Source: a virus
Length of the DNA stretch: 64,000 nucleotides
Reading direction: 5' to 3' (one strand)
IMG/VR virus record: IMGVR_UViG_3300010286_000195
Under the pieces are notes generated by a model. The model was not told the DNA's origin. It saw only the letters and a list, made by a program, of their open reading frames with translations, and searched no databases. The translations under genes and the position numbers were made by a program. Of the stretch, positions 30,055-39,745 are shown in pieces (within the stretch, counting starts at the first letter, position 1; each line of letters begins with the position of its first letter).

Positions 30055-30723
30055 TTAATCAACTCCTATGAGTCTTTCAATATCATTTTTGTCTCGTATT
30101 ATATAAATGTGTGGAATTAGGCTAATGTGTTGATAGCGTCCTACGGGTAATCCAAGTGCATCTGCAATGTATTTTTGAAGATGAACAAGTCCAAACGCAT
30201 TCTGTCCAAACGCCGCGCACATATCATTGCTACGGAAAGTTACATTCATGCACAACTTTCCATCTATGATTACACATTGCACATGATTTAGACAGGGGCA
30301 ATTCTCCATATCAAAATGTTTAGGTGGATTCCAAAGACTCATTACTGCTTGGCGAGAAGTAGGATGATCTCTAAGTTCATTAATTACGTAGGCAACCTGA
30401 TTGAAAGTATCATAGTCCATAACTCTATCAGTTGAATCATTAATATACTCATAATCGAATAAAAGATTATGATAAGTATAATCAAAATCCGCTTTAGTTC
30501 CATGTAGAATCTGTTCCGCATACTGTTCAGCAAACATCCTACCAAATGGTGCCTTATCACTTATCATTGGTTCTGTTAATGGATTATCAATTACAATGCA
30601 TGAACCATCAATCTCAAGTGTCTTTTCACCTTTCGTAGTAATGCGCTCGTAACCCTTATTGTATATTTCCTTTACAATAAGTTCATGTGCCTTACCAATA
30701 CAATACGTATGAATCATCTTCAT
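30055..30723 (-). CDS. thyA: thymidylate synthase, methanogen/archaeal type
   Basis: SRQAVMSLW, PCL, FRSND, GQN and HIY motifs; short archaeal length. Confidence 0.9.
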   Translation of the reverse strand: MKMIHTYCIGKAHELIVKEIYNKGYERITTKGEKTLEIDGSCIVIDNPLTEPMISDKAPFGRMFAEQYAEQILHGTKADFDYTYHNLLFDYEYINDSTDRVMDYDTFNQVAYVINELRDHPTSRQAVMSLWNPPKHFDMENCPCLNHVQCVIIDGKLCMNVTFRSNDMCAAFGQNAFGLVHLQKYIADALGLPVGRYQHISLIPHIYIIRDKNDIERLIGVD

Positions 30724-30725
30724 AG

Positions 30726-31598
30726 TTACACCAATAACTGCTTCAAGTAAAAGTCAACCTCATCATACAAATAATCAAGCGATAAATTATTGTTTATTCT
30801 GCACGTAAACAATTCACTGTCTTTGTGTAACGTGAACATTCCTTCATCTCTCTCTACACGCTCCTTGCCTACACGCTTAATTCTGGTAGACAAATCAGTG
30901 TAAACACGGATACACTTGATGTCATACACTTCACCGAAGTTTTGCATAAGGTAAATCAATCCACGTTCATCAATAACATACGTGTTAAAATCTAGCACAT
31001 CCTTCTTCAGACAACAGTAACGATACCCACCAAATTCAGTGTAGGCAATCATATCATCATGCGAAAAAGTATCAAACTCTTCTTTGGTTACAAATGTATG
31101 ACCTGTCTCACCCGGATAACGCATAGGACGATCAGTGTAAGACTCTATCATCTTGATACCATGTTCACGTTCTATGTATTCTGCAATGGTTGTCTTACCG
31201 CTACCCGATTCGCCTACAATGCAGATAATGAGAGGTTTACGATTTGCCTTACGCATTATATGGTAACGGATATCATTCCAGCAAATAATCTTGTGCGAAT
31301 ATTCCTTGTCATCAATGTAGACATCTGCACCAATCTTTCTACAATCGTTACCATATTCCTCAATACGGTAACTAAGGTTCTCATTAACAGCAGAATACTT
31401 GATTCCCATTTGTTTAAGGAAATCAATCATATCCTGCTCTTCCTTACCCTGTCGACAAGAATTGATGATAATCTCATGCCCTGCATCATACAATTCATTG
31501 ATCACCTTCTTTGCATTACGCTTCAGATAACCAATGTCAGGATACTTGTCTGTTACAATAGTCCCATCGAAGTCTATTGCAATGACTAATTTCTTCAT
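30726..31598 (-). CDS. HAD phosphatase fused to guanylate-kinase-like domain
   Basis: IAIDFDGT and YIDDK, then IVGESGSGKTT and SYTDRPMR; likely ATG start at 31598. Confidence 0.75.
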   Translation of the reverse strand: MKKLVIAIDFDGTIVTDKYPDIGYLKRNAKKVINELYDAGHEIIINSCRQGKEEQDMIDFLKQMGIKYSAVNENLSYRIEEYGNDCRKIGADVYIDDKEYSHKIICWNDIRYHIMRKANRKPLIICIVGESGSGKTTIAEYIEREHGIKMIESYTDRPMRYPGETGHTFVTKEEFDTFSHDDMIAYTEFGGYRYCCLKKDVLDFNTYVIDERGLIYLMQNFGEVYDIKCIRVYTDLSTRIKRVGKERVERDEGMFTLHKDSELFTCRINNNLSLDYLYDEVDFYLKQLLV

Positions 31599-32035
31599 TG
31601 TAACACCACACATGCAAAAATAAGACCAATCATGAAACCAACACAGATACAAGCAATATAAAAGTAATTATGATCTATAATGACATCATTAGTTCTTTCT
31701 TTGGTTGTTTCATTTTCAACATATTCTTCCTCTTCATCCTCCATCTTCTTCAATTTTTCAATGATCATGTCAATATTAATGAATCGTGCTTCCGGTCGTG
31801 CTTCAGGTTGAGGTTCTATTTCTGCTGCCGCTTTAAACGTATAGAGATAACGTGTAACAGCAATCGCAAACTCTTCATCGTCAAATGATGCAATATTCAC
31901 TGCACCATTGATAAAACCATTAACATCATACATTCCTGTTATGTCATTGTAATGACACTCAAATCCACAGAAGTCAAGGAAATTGTAAGGAGTGTAGATA
32001 TGATTCTCTTCATCGTAAATATCCAGGTAAATCAT
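31595..32035 (-). CDS. hypothetical protein with C-terminal TM helix
   Basis: ORF with hydrophobic C-terminus. Confidence 0.55.
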   Translation of the reverse strand: MIYLDIYDEENHIYTPYNFLDFCGFECHYNDITGMYDVNGFINGAVNIASFDDEEFAIAVTRYLYTFKAAAEIEPQPEARPEARFINIDMIIEKLKKMEDEEEEYVENETTKERTNDVIIDHNYFYIACICVGFMIGLIFACVVLQ

Positions 32036-32298
32036 AAATATAACTCCATGCTAGTATATTCTTTCCTACAATAATCTAAGAACGCTTCAGCAAGTTTAAT
32101 CAGTTCATCATCATTGTTTGTAAACACATAATTATATGTTTCATAAATCCTTCTCTCTTCTTCATCCTCACTTATGAAACCACAAATTGCAGCATCACAG
32201 AACCAACAAAACTCAACAAGTGTTCTGTGCATTAATGGGTAACATCCACGTAACCTTGCACATTCAATCAAGATGTCATTGAGAGTATCATTACTCAT
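32032..32298 (-). CDS. hypothetical protein
   Basis: ORF with AGGTGA RBS. Confidence 0.55.
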   Translation of the reverse strand: MSNDTLNDILIECARLRGCYPLMHRTLVEFCWFCDAAICGFISEDEEERRIYETYNYVFTNNDDELIKLAEAFLDYCRKEYTSMELYL

Positions 32299-32394
32299 CC
32301 TTTCACCTGCATAATTAATTTTCAGTCTGATTATATATGTCTTATGTTTTTGACAGAAAGTGTATCAATTACAATACACGTTATGAAACACCCA

Positions 32395-32533
32395 CCACAA
32401 TCAAAAAATCATACCAAAATCATAGCGTTTTCGCATGGTTTAGCACCCTATCTCTTGTGGGATGAACATTTATATCACCCTGAAAAAACATATCGAAAAA
32501 AGTGCAGTTTTACTCAAAGAATTGAAGAGATTT
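32395..32533 (+). repeat. dispersed three-block repeat, copy B
   Basis: Same blocks and spacing as copy A; ends at the polB stop codon. Confidence 0.75.
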
Positions 32534-34856
32534 ACCAAAACCTTTCAACACCATCCAGTTCATGTATGTTCCATCCCATACTCAAGAATATGTAATGGAA
32601 TTTCTCATCGATCAACTTCTCTGCCATGCGCGCATAATCTATAGTGAATCCTTCAGGTATTGGTTGCTCATCAGTGAATGATATTGCATGGGTCTTAGGC
32701 AGTCCAGGTGGAACATCTTTGACATAAACATATTTCACCTTCTCCATCTTGATGTTACCATTACAATATTTATTGAAATAGATTGCACCATGGATATGAA
32801 TAGGCATGTTGGAAGTGTATTCGTGAAATTCCTTTGTTACACCTTTTGGAATACCTATTTCGTAAGGAGAGTATTCACCATTCAGTATTTTATCTCTTAC
32901 CTGTTTCACCGCTGCAAATATCTCTTCCTTACCCTTTCCGGTAAGAATCATCCGAAACACATTACTTTGTAATTCTCTGATTATGGTAGGTGTATCACTG
33001 CGCTTTGCCTCAAATCCTTTGATTTCAAGTTTAGGATGGTCAGATATATCAACACCATCCTTGTAGACAATCAGACCTGCATATCGCTTCTTTATGGCAT
33101 TATCATATTCATCGCCTACAAAGAATACATTACTGTAAATCTTTTCAAATTCAATGAACATTTTGTTGTAGGTTGAATCACCAAATTCTGTTTCACAAAA
33201 GTAATCAAGTGAGTTGTTAATGTAATCAATACAATCATTACCCTCCTTAATCAGTTCAGCAAGATTCTGACGCTGTAATTTAAATATGAGACTATCCGTG
33301 TCTCCACCGATGATTTCATGCCCTAATTCAGTGATTTTCTTCTGCATCCACAAATTAGTTCTCCTACCAAAGTAAGTAATAGACTTACCAATATCCCGCG
33401 TAAACAACCTGAAATGTGGTGCAAGCATCACTCCATACACTGAATTGAGTAAGAACTTGCATACGGTCTGAATAGTATCCCACATTTCGTATTCGTGAGA
33501 ACCAAGTTCAAAGGTGTCACGCTTCTTTTTAAACTCCTGACGCAAGTTCCAAAGATCCTCCACTACACGCGGAATGAACCCACGTTTATCCAGGCTAAAG
33601 TAAACATCATCTACCTGCACATATTTGTTACATTTTGTTACATCAGTAACAATTGTTTCAGGTGACATGTTACACGTAAGGATAGCAGTAGGATACAGAG
33701 AGCGCACATCACCCACAGCAACGTTCTGATGGACTCCTACCGTTGGTGTAATGACAATAGCGCCTGTAATCTTCTCGTAATCCTTCTGCTTACGAGTAGT
33801 GGGTAGGACAATACCATACTCCTTAGCCTTGAGTAAGAAGAAACAATCCAGCACCTTACTGTTGTAGAATACATCATACCAACTGCAAAAGGTAAAGCGA
33901 CGAATGGTATCAAAATATTTGACAATCCCCTTTGACTCTTCAATCTTTACCATAAGGTAGACATCTTTGATATTATACTCGATAAACTTGTCAAGATTGT
34001 TACGCCAAAAGTCTTGGAACTTCTCTTCATGTTCTATTTTCCCTACACCTAACTCTTTTTGTGAAATGTATTCCAGGGAGTATGATTCCATCTCTTGCGT
34101 AGACAGTTTTCTGTAACAAACCATTAAATCCAACCAGATTCTACACAGTGGTTTATCAGCCATGTCTCCATAACCCTTGCCCATCTGTTTAACGGGAGAT
34201 AACAAACGTGGATTTATTTTCAACACTTTCATGCGATTAAACAGGTAAGGATAATCAAATCTATCACCGTTCCAGGCAAGAAAGAGATCAAAGTCTAACT
34301 GCTGCACAAAGGTAAGGAATTTATTAAGCATTTCCTTTTCAGTAGTAAACATGAATATGCGCGCTTCTACTTCATTCCCATCAAACTGAATCTTACGTGT
34401 GTATTTGTTCTTACTGACTACTCCATCCGGTGCAACAGTAAAACAATAATAGAGGTTACGGAAGTTGTCATAGGCAGCAATGGATGTAATCATGGTGTCT
34501 GCCTTTGCAATGTTAGGGATTCCATCAGTTTCAATATCAAAAAAACATATCCTAATCGTCTCACTTTCAATACCTGTCTGATAGTAGTTATCAATCAGGT
34601 ATCGCGTAGTGGATGTAACATCTGCTTCATATGTGTTCTTATATAACTTCTTATTATCTTTGAAGTCCTTTTGATTCACGCATGTAATACGCTGTAATTT
34701 CTCACCAAACAGAGAATAGTAGGTTTCCCCTACAATGTTCTGTCGAGGCACATAAAAATAAGGTTGGAAATGATTGATACGTTGCTCGTAACGCTTACCG
34801 TGTTCATCCCGACCACGAATGATAATAGAATCCCCTATCGCTTCGGTTATAATCAT
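32532..34856 (-). CDS. polB: family B DNA polymerase
   Basis: FFDIET, WNGDRFD, YNIKD exonuclease motifs; DVRSLYP, KFLLNSVYG, GDTDS and KKRY polymerase motifs. Confidence 0.95.
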   Translation of the reverse strand: MIITEAIGDSIIIRGRDEHGKRYEQRINHFQPYFYVPRQNIVGETYYSLFGEKLQRITCVNQKDFKDNKKLYKNTYEADVTSTTRYLIDNYYQTGIESETIRICFFDIETDGIPNIAKADTMITSIAAYDNFRNLYYCFTVAPDGVVSKNKYTRKIQFDGNEVEARIFMFTTEKEMLNKFLTFVQQLDFDLFLAWNGDRFDYPYLFNRMKVLKINPRLLSPVKQMGKGYGDMADKPLCRIWLDLMVCYRKLSTQEMESYSLEYISQKELGVGKIEHEEKFQDFWRNNLDKFIEYNIKDVYLMVKIEESKGIVKYFDTIRRFTFCSWYDVFYNSKVLDCFFLLKAKEYGIVLPTTRKQKDYEKITGAIVITPTVGVHQNVAVGDVRSLYPTAILTCNMSPETIVTDVTKCNKYVQVDDVYFSLDKRGFIPRVVEDLWNLRQEFKKKRDTFELGSHEYEMWDTIQTVCKFLLNSVYGVMLAPHFRLFTRDIGKSITYFGRRTNLWMQKKITELGHEIIGGDTDSLIFKLQRQNLAELIKEGNDCIDYINNSLDYFCETEFGDSTYNKMFIEFEKIYSNVFFVGDEYDNAIKKRYAGLIVYKDGVDISDHPKLEIKGFEAKRSDTPTIIRELQSNVFRMILTGKGKEEIFAAVKQVRDKILNGEYSPYEIGIPKGVTKEFHEYTSNMPIHIHGAIYFNKYCNGNIKMEKVKYVYVKDVPPGLPKTHAISFTDEQPIPEGFTIDYARMAEKLIDEKFHYIFLSMGWNIHELDGVERFW

Positions 34857-34908
34857 ACGTAATGATTATAGTTTGTAGGGTTATAAACTTACTGAAATGA
34901 AAAAAGAT

Positions 34909-35415
34909 TTAAAAGAAGTAATCGAGGGAATTGCATTGATGTGATTTCTTTGAATGTTCAATGCGCGTCTTATCGGGCATTGCAAGTTCAACCTTCTGTT
35001 TCTTGAACATCTGTTCATCCGCTTGCATTTCCATGAGTAATGTTTTCATGTTATCTTTATTACTGATATACATTTTTAGGATTGGTGCATATTCATCAAA
35101 CTCTTTCTTACTCATCTCAAGCGCACTTGATGTTTTCTCGTAATAAGTATCGAGTAGAGAATCTAACTTGTCCTTCTTTACCTTATCCTTACGTATCCAG
35201 GTAGGAACACGATTCAACTGTTGCGCATGTAAGAGTAACAGTCCACGAAAGATTGTGGGATTGATCTTGAATAAATATTGATTAAGTTTATCCGCTTCTT
35301 CCAGGTGCATCATATCCTGTGAGTAAATACGTAGGAGCATGTATTCCTTGCCCGTAAGAGATGCAGGATATACTTTCTCCTTACTGATAATCTGTTTCAT
35401 TAAATTGAACGGCAT
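34909..35415 (-). CDS. T4 gp62-like clamp loader A subunit
   Basis: By-eye resemblance to T4 gp62 (PFNLMKQI, MLLRIYSQ...ADKLN, W-RK, EMSKKEFDEY--IL); lies next to polB and near RFC. Confidence 0.55.
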   Translation of the reverse strand: MPFNLMKQIISKEKVYPASLTGKEYMLLRIYSQDMMHLEEADKLNQYLFKINPTIFRGLLLLHAQQLNRVPTWIRKDKVKKDKLDSLLDTYYEKTSSALEMSKKEFDEYAPILKMYISNKDNMKTLLMEMQADEQMFKKQKVELAMPDKTRIEHSKKSHQCNSLDYFF

Positions 35416-35888
35416 CTGACACACTCCTTACTTGTCAAACCATTACGCAAACGTTCACCAAATACCACAATGCAAGATGGAAATGGTGCTGCCATAGGTT
35501 TACGATGAGTAGGATTAGTAAATTTGACTCTACCCCTAATAAACCTGATCTCATCGGCAAGCATGATGTATTTGTGCCAATAAGAAGTGTCGGTGCGAGC
35601 AGGAATAAGGCAAACAACTGTAGCACCACATAACGCTTCATTGTAAGCCTTCTCTATCCATCGTGGTATTTCTTTCCCGTAAGGAGGATTCATAAACACT
35701 ACATCTTTACTCCAATCTTTGTGCAGTCCATTATCCTCAATCGTGAAGAACTTGCAACACTTAGCATTCTGTGATGTCGCACATGGATCAAGCGTAAATC
35801 CAAATTCATCATTCAATTTGTCGAATAAATCACGCGGGGTTTCCCATTCCATATCTTTTGATGAGTAATGCACATCCATGTTAGTCAT
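35400..35888 (-). CDS. phage N6-adenine DNA methyltransferase (Dam_phage family)
   Basis: WETPRDLF, LDPCA, FMNPPY, LIPARTDT and APFPS motifs. Confidence 0.9.
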   Translation of the reverse strand: MTNMDVHYSSKDMEWETPRDLFDKLNDEFGFTLDPCATSQNAKCCKFFTIEDNGLHKDWSKDVVFMNPPYGKEIPRWIEKAYNEALCGATVVCLIPARTDTSYWHKYIMLADEIRFIRGRVKFTNPTHRKPMAAPFPSCIVVFGERLRNGLTSKECVRCRSI

Positions 35889-36171
35889 AGTCTACACCAC
35901 ACGTTTTAGTGACAAATTCAAGATGTTCAATCGAATCAACAATCTCAGTGTGTCTTTTTAAATCATAACCATAAATCTCAAGGAATGATGATGCAGAACG
36001 GATAATACGTTGTTCACGCTCTGTTTCATGGTAATCAAAGACTGCAATGAGTTTACCATTGGTATCTTTGTAGACGCCATCGAAATTGTCTTTGAGGAGT
36101 AAGCGTAAGGTAGAGAAACATACATTGTGAGGGAATATGTGAAAATCGGAGTAGTTAAAAAGGAGTTTCAT
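35881..36171 (-). CDS. hypothetical protein
   Basis: ORF in operon. Confidence 0.55.
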   Translation of the reverse strand: MKLLFNYSDFHIFPHNVCFSTLRLLLKDNFDGVYKDTNGKLIAVFDYHETEREQRIIRSASSFLEIYGYDLKRHTEIVDSIEHLEFVTKTCGVDYD

Positions 36172-36176
36172 GGTTA

Positions 36177-36728
36177 TTACACCTTAGTAAGATGATAACG
36201 GGAAAGTGTTGCACCTGTCTGATTCTTGTATTTGGAAGTTGATTTCTCATTATACCCCACTCTACACGTTTCGCCCTCGAAAAATACTAACTGTGCAATC
36301 GGCATACCACTGTAAAGGCGAATAGGACGATTGTTAACATTGTAGAGTTCAAAGGTAAGGGTTCCACCGAAACCTGCATCAATCCATCCTCCAGTTTGAT
36401 GTATGGTAAGACCTAATCGAGCAAGAGATGATTTACCTTCACATGCAGCACAAATATTCTTGGGTAAGGTAATAGTCTCCTGTGAAACAGCGAGCACAAA
36501 CATTCCAGGTTGAATAGTGAACGTATTACCTTCAATTACTTCATGCCCATAAATGATTGTATTTCTATCAAACGGATCAATCATCTGCCCATTACTAATG
36601 TAATATTTGAATTGATTTGAAAGGTGTAAATCATAGGAATTAGGATTGATACTATCCTCATTGTAAGGAGTAATACCAAGTGTTCCATCCTCGATACGCT
36701 GTTTAATCTGATAGTCTACAAGAATCAT
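36177..36728 (-). CDS. dcd: dCTP deaminase
   Basis: NPNSYDL, EGKSSLARLGL, GWIDAGFGG, LELYN and IAQLVF motifs. Confidence 0.92.
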   Translation of the reverse strand: MILVDYQIKQRIEDGTLGITPYNEDSINPNSYDLHLSNQFKYYISNGQMIDPFDRNTIIYGHEVIEGNTFTIQPGMFVLAVSQETITLPKNICAACEGKSSLARLGLTIHQTGGWIDAGFGGTLTFELYNVNNRPIRLYSGMPIAQLVFFEGETCRVGYNEKSTSKYKNQTGATLSRYHLTKV

Positions 36729-36967
36729 TCTTTTTCACTCTTGTTAATGTTGTATTTGTTAAACTGACTGTACGTGTATAAGGGACATTGTGTCTGAACA
36801 CACTCTGCTTTACCATCTACGCAATATCCCTGACAATCGTAACAATAAGCGTATATTGCTTCTTTTCGTGTAATATGTTCACCCTTAAGGTAACTGATGA
36901 GTTTAGACTTACCCCTGTTATTCATCCCGTTTTTTTCGATGAGTTTAATGATTGAATCGTTGTCCAT
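36725..36967 (-). CDS. small Cys-rich phage protein
   Basis: AIYAYCYDC...C....CPLY motif. Confidence 0.6.
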   Translation of the reverse strand: MDNDSIIKLIEKNGMNNRGKSKLISYLKGEHITRKEAIYAYCYDCQGYCVDGKAECVQTQCPLYTYSQFNKYNINKSEKE

Positions 36968-37893
36968 TATGCACCTTTTTTGCCAAGAATCTTCATGAGT
37001 TTGAAGGCCATGTTTGCGAAGGTAATCTCTGCATTAGCACCATACACCATTCTATAATCTGATTCGGCGATGATTTCAATGGCAGAAATCTTGTCAGAAG
37101 CGGAAAGGGAAGTATCATTCCACACTTTTAAGTAAATCTGGAATACAATATTCCTGAAATCAACTGTGTTACTATTCCAGAGTTTACGCGCTTCTGTAAT
37201 CTTCCTACTCCGGATTAACGTGTAAAGTTCATCTGCAATATTGATATTCTTCTTAGTGTCTAATTCACCAAGATTCTTGTAAATGTCTAGTGCCTTTACC
37301 ATTGAACGAATATCAGGGTAATTGACATCAATGATTTCATTAAGACTCGCATCGTCAATGTCAATGTCCTCTTCCTTACAAATGAACTGTAGACGCGCTA
37401 GGATTTCATTACGTGCAGGTTTCCCAAATGATATTACTTTACACCTGGAACGGAGTGGTTCAATGATTTTAGAGATTGTATTACACGTAAGAATGAATCG
37501 ACAGCGAGAAGAATACTCCTCCATAATGTTACGGAGAATATTCTGTGCATCAGCGGTAAGTCCATCTGCTTCATCTAGGTGAACAATCTTTGGCACATCA
37601 GATTTGAAAGAAACCGTGGATGCAAATGCTTTAACTTTTTCCCTAACAGTGTCAATACCACGCTCATCAGATGCATTTAAGTAAAGTTTGTCTGCACCAA
37701 GTTCATTAATGATAATCTTGGCAAGTGTAGTCTTACCTGTTCCTGCACTTGACTCGAAAATCAGATTAGGTAGGGAAAAAGGATTCTCCCTTACAACTTT
37801 GCGTAATCCCGCAATTATAGTGGTATTGTTACCAATGTAATCTTCAAACGTTTGTGGCCTGTATTTCTCCACAAAAAGTTTGTTGGTAATCAT
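36967..37893 (-). CDS. rfcS: replication factor C small subunit (clamp loader ATPase)
   Basis: VEKYRP, GTGKTT, LNASDERGID, LDEAD and LRSRC motifs. Confidence 0.93.
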   Translation of the reverse strand: MITNKLFVEKYRPQTFEDYIGNNTTIIAGLRKVVRENPFSLPNLIFESSAGTGKTTLAKIIINELGADKLYLNASDERGIDTVREKVKAFASTVSFKSDVPKIVHLDEADGLTADAQNILRNIMEEYSSRCRFILTCNTISKIIEPLRSRCKVISFGKPARNEILARLQFICKEEDIDIDDASLNEIIDVNYPDIRSMVKALDIYKNLGELDTKKNINIADELYTLIRSRKITEARKLWNSNTVDFRNIVFQIYLKVWNDTSLSASDKISAIEIIAESDYRMVYGANAEITFANMAFKLMKILGKKGA

Positions 37894-37898
37894 TTACA

Positions 37899-38690
37899 TC
37901 ACCATGTAACTTTGTGCGGAATAAGTAAACCAGAAACATTGATCTCACTATTCTTACCCGTAATGTAATCAAACGTAACAGGGTAAAGAATATCATTACC
38001 ATACTGGTCTTTTGTCTGCTCAGTGACAAAACCCATTGTAATGTCTAATTGTGCCTCTGCAAATGCATCCTCAAGGGCATTGATGGAAATCTCTATTATA
38101 AACTCTTTACCATACTTGTTATCAATATCCGCGTTAACTTCAAGTTTAGAACGCTTATCAGTGCTTAGTTTAATGTATTCTCCCTCTTCTGGAATGGTAA
38201 AGCATACAACAGTTTCACCAAGATTCTTTGCAACCCTAATAAATTTCTTTATATCATCTGCATCAAACGCAATGACAATGTCACGCGATGGAATAATCGC
38301 TTTTACGTCCTCGATACTCTTGCCCGGAATACTGCGAGAAGCATACTCATAATCAATCTGTGGAACATTAACCGTCAATTTATCGTCAGTAAGAACAATC
38401 AAATCGTCAGTTGTAACCACACCAACAAACTCTTCATCGAAATTAGCGAGATACCGCTTCTTAAAGTCGAGATCATTGATACACATCATAATAGACTCAT
38501 TATCATCATACTCAACCTGTTTACCATTTGCAATAAACGCGGTAATCATCACTCGCTTCTCGGTGTTGGTTACATGTGCAATGATATTTTCATTGGGCTT
38601 ACGAGTAATAACCATATCGCCGTTCATCGCAATTCCAAGCACATTGATAAAATTCTTCAGGGTAGCAACATTAATACGCATTAAACTCAC
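37899..38690 (-). CDS. PCNA-like sliding clamp
   Basis: 263 aa with a two-domain clamp pattern; adjacent to RFC. Confidence 0.7.
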   Translation of the reverse strand: MSLMRINVATLKNFINVLGIAMNGDMVITRKPNENIIAHVTNTEKRVMITAFIANGKQVEYDDNESIMMCINDLDFKKRYLANFDEEFVGVVTTDDLIVLTDDKLTVNVPQIDYEYASRSIPGKSIEDVKAIIPSRDIVIAFDADDIKKFIRVAKNLGETVVCFTIPEEGEYIKLSTDKRSKLEVNADIDNKYGKEFIIEISINALEDAFAEAQLDITMGFVTEQTKDQYGNDILYPVTFDYITGKNSEINVSGLLIPHKVTW

Positions 38691-39511
38691 TCCTTACCAT
38701 TAATCAGATTATACAGTGTTGTCCCAGTAACATCATACTTACCTGGAGGATACTTCTTCTCTTTCTTACTCGATTCAATGATTGCAAAGTAATGGGCATT
38801 GTCTTTATTCATTTCCCGCACAGCACGAATAACAATCTGTGATTCAACTGCAACCTTACTAACCCATTTTGGCACTCTCTCTGACTCTACAACCTGCCCC
38901 ATTCTTACAATCGTAGTGTCAATCCTGGGATACATGATGAATATTACACCAACTTTAGCAACCTCAACACACTTGTCAAATAGATTATCAACATGCATGT
39001 TACGAATCTTCCAAAGGTTTTGATTTGCTGTTCCCTGATACTTATCTAATTTAAGTTCAAAGCGTCCTGCATTTTCACCAATTTCAGTATATCGTTCAAT
39101 TCCATCTACAATAATCCAATCGGTGTCATCCTTCTTTTTAATAACATCAAGCAGAAACATATTCCAATCGCACACATTCTTTGATGTGCGTAACATATCT
39201 TCTGCTGTAGAACGGTCATATGGACGGAGAGAATCAAGTGCCTCGACAGTAAGTTCACGGTTCTTAATAATGTCAAGTTCCAATGGCAAAACACTATTTG
39301 CATCGAATGACAAAACCTTTACATTAGAACCGGGAGCAATCAAACCATATGCAGTAGTTGTTTTACCTTCACCTTTGTTTCCATAAATTACAATAATATC
39401 TTTACTCTGTGGGGAGAGAATTGCATCTTCATAGGAAAAAGATGCAGTAAGATCTTCCTTCTGCTGGATTTCCTCTACCGCTTTATCCAGAGTTTTCTTA
39501 CCAAGTGCCAT
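38687..39511 (-). CDS. P-loop ATPase, AAA_24/Sak4-like recombinase
   Basis: IYGNKGEGKTT Walker A and IIVDG Walker B; lies next to the SSB-like gene. Confidence 0.65.
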   Translation of the reverse strand: MALGKKTLDKAVEEIQQKEDLTASFSYEDAILSPQSKDIIVIYGNKGEGKTTTAYGLIAPGSNVKVLSFDANSVLPLELDIIKNRELTVEALDSLRPYDRSTAEDMLRTSKNVCDWNMFLLDVIKKKDDTDWIIVDGIERYTEIGENAGRFELKLDKYQGTANQNLWKIRNMHVDNLFDKCVEVAKVGVIFIMYPRIDTTIVRMGQVVESERVPKWVSKVAVESQIVIRAVREMNKDNAHYFAIIESSKKEKKYPPGKYDVTGTTLYNLINGKE

Positions 39512-39513
39512 AC

Positions 39514-39726
39514 TTAGTTCCTCTTTTTAAACATAGCAGGAAGCGATGCAACAAACAGACCAAGCACAATACCACAAATGGTTTGCCAAAGTCCTGTAAT
39601 ACCAATCATACCTAGCAACACATACGCAACGTAGCAAAATGCAGCATACCAAATGATAAGGAGTGCAACGCACACTGCGATAAATGCAGCCATGCCAATA
39701 ATCTTTAATCCTTTAATATAATTCAT
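39514..39726 (-). CDS. small membrane protein
   Basis: Two hydrophobic helices. Confidence 0.6.
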   Translation of the reverse strand: MNYIKGLKIIGMAAFIAVCVALLIIWYAAFCYVAYVLLGMIGITGLWQTICGIVLGLFVASLPAMFKKRN

Positions 39727-39745
39727 GTAGGTTCACCTAAAAAGA

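Noticed and set aside
30055-30723. dCMP hydroxymethylase / DNA hypermodification pathway
   Set aside because: The specificity residue is Asn (GQN) as in dUMP-using ThyA, and no glycosyltransferase or aGPT-type transferase was recognised.
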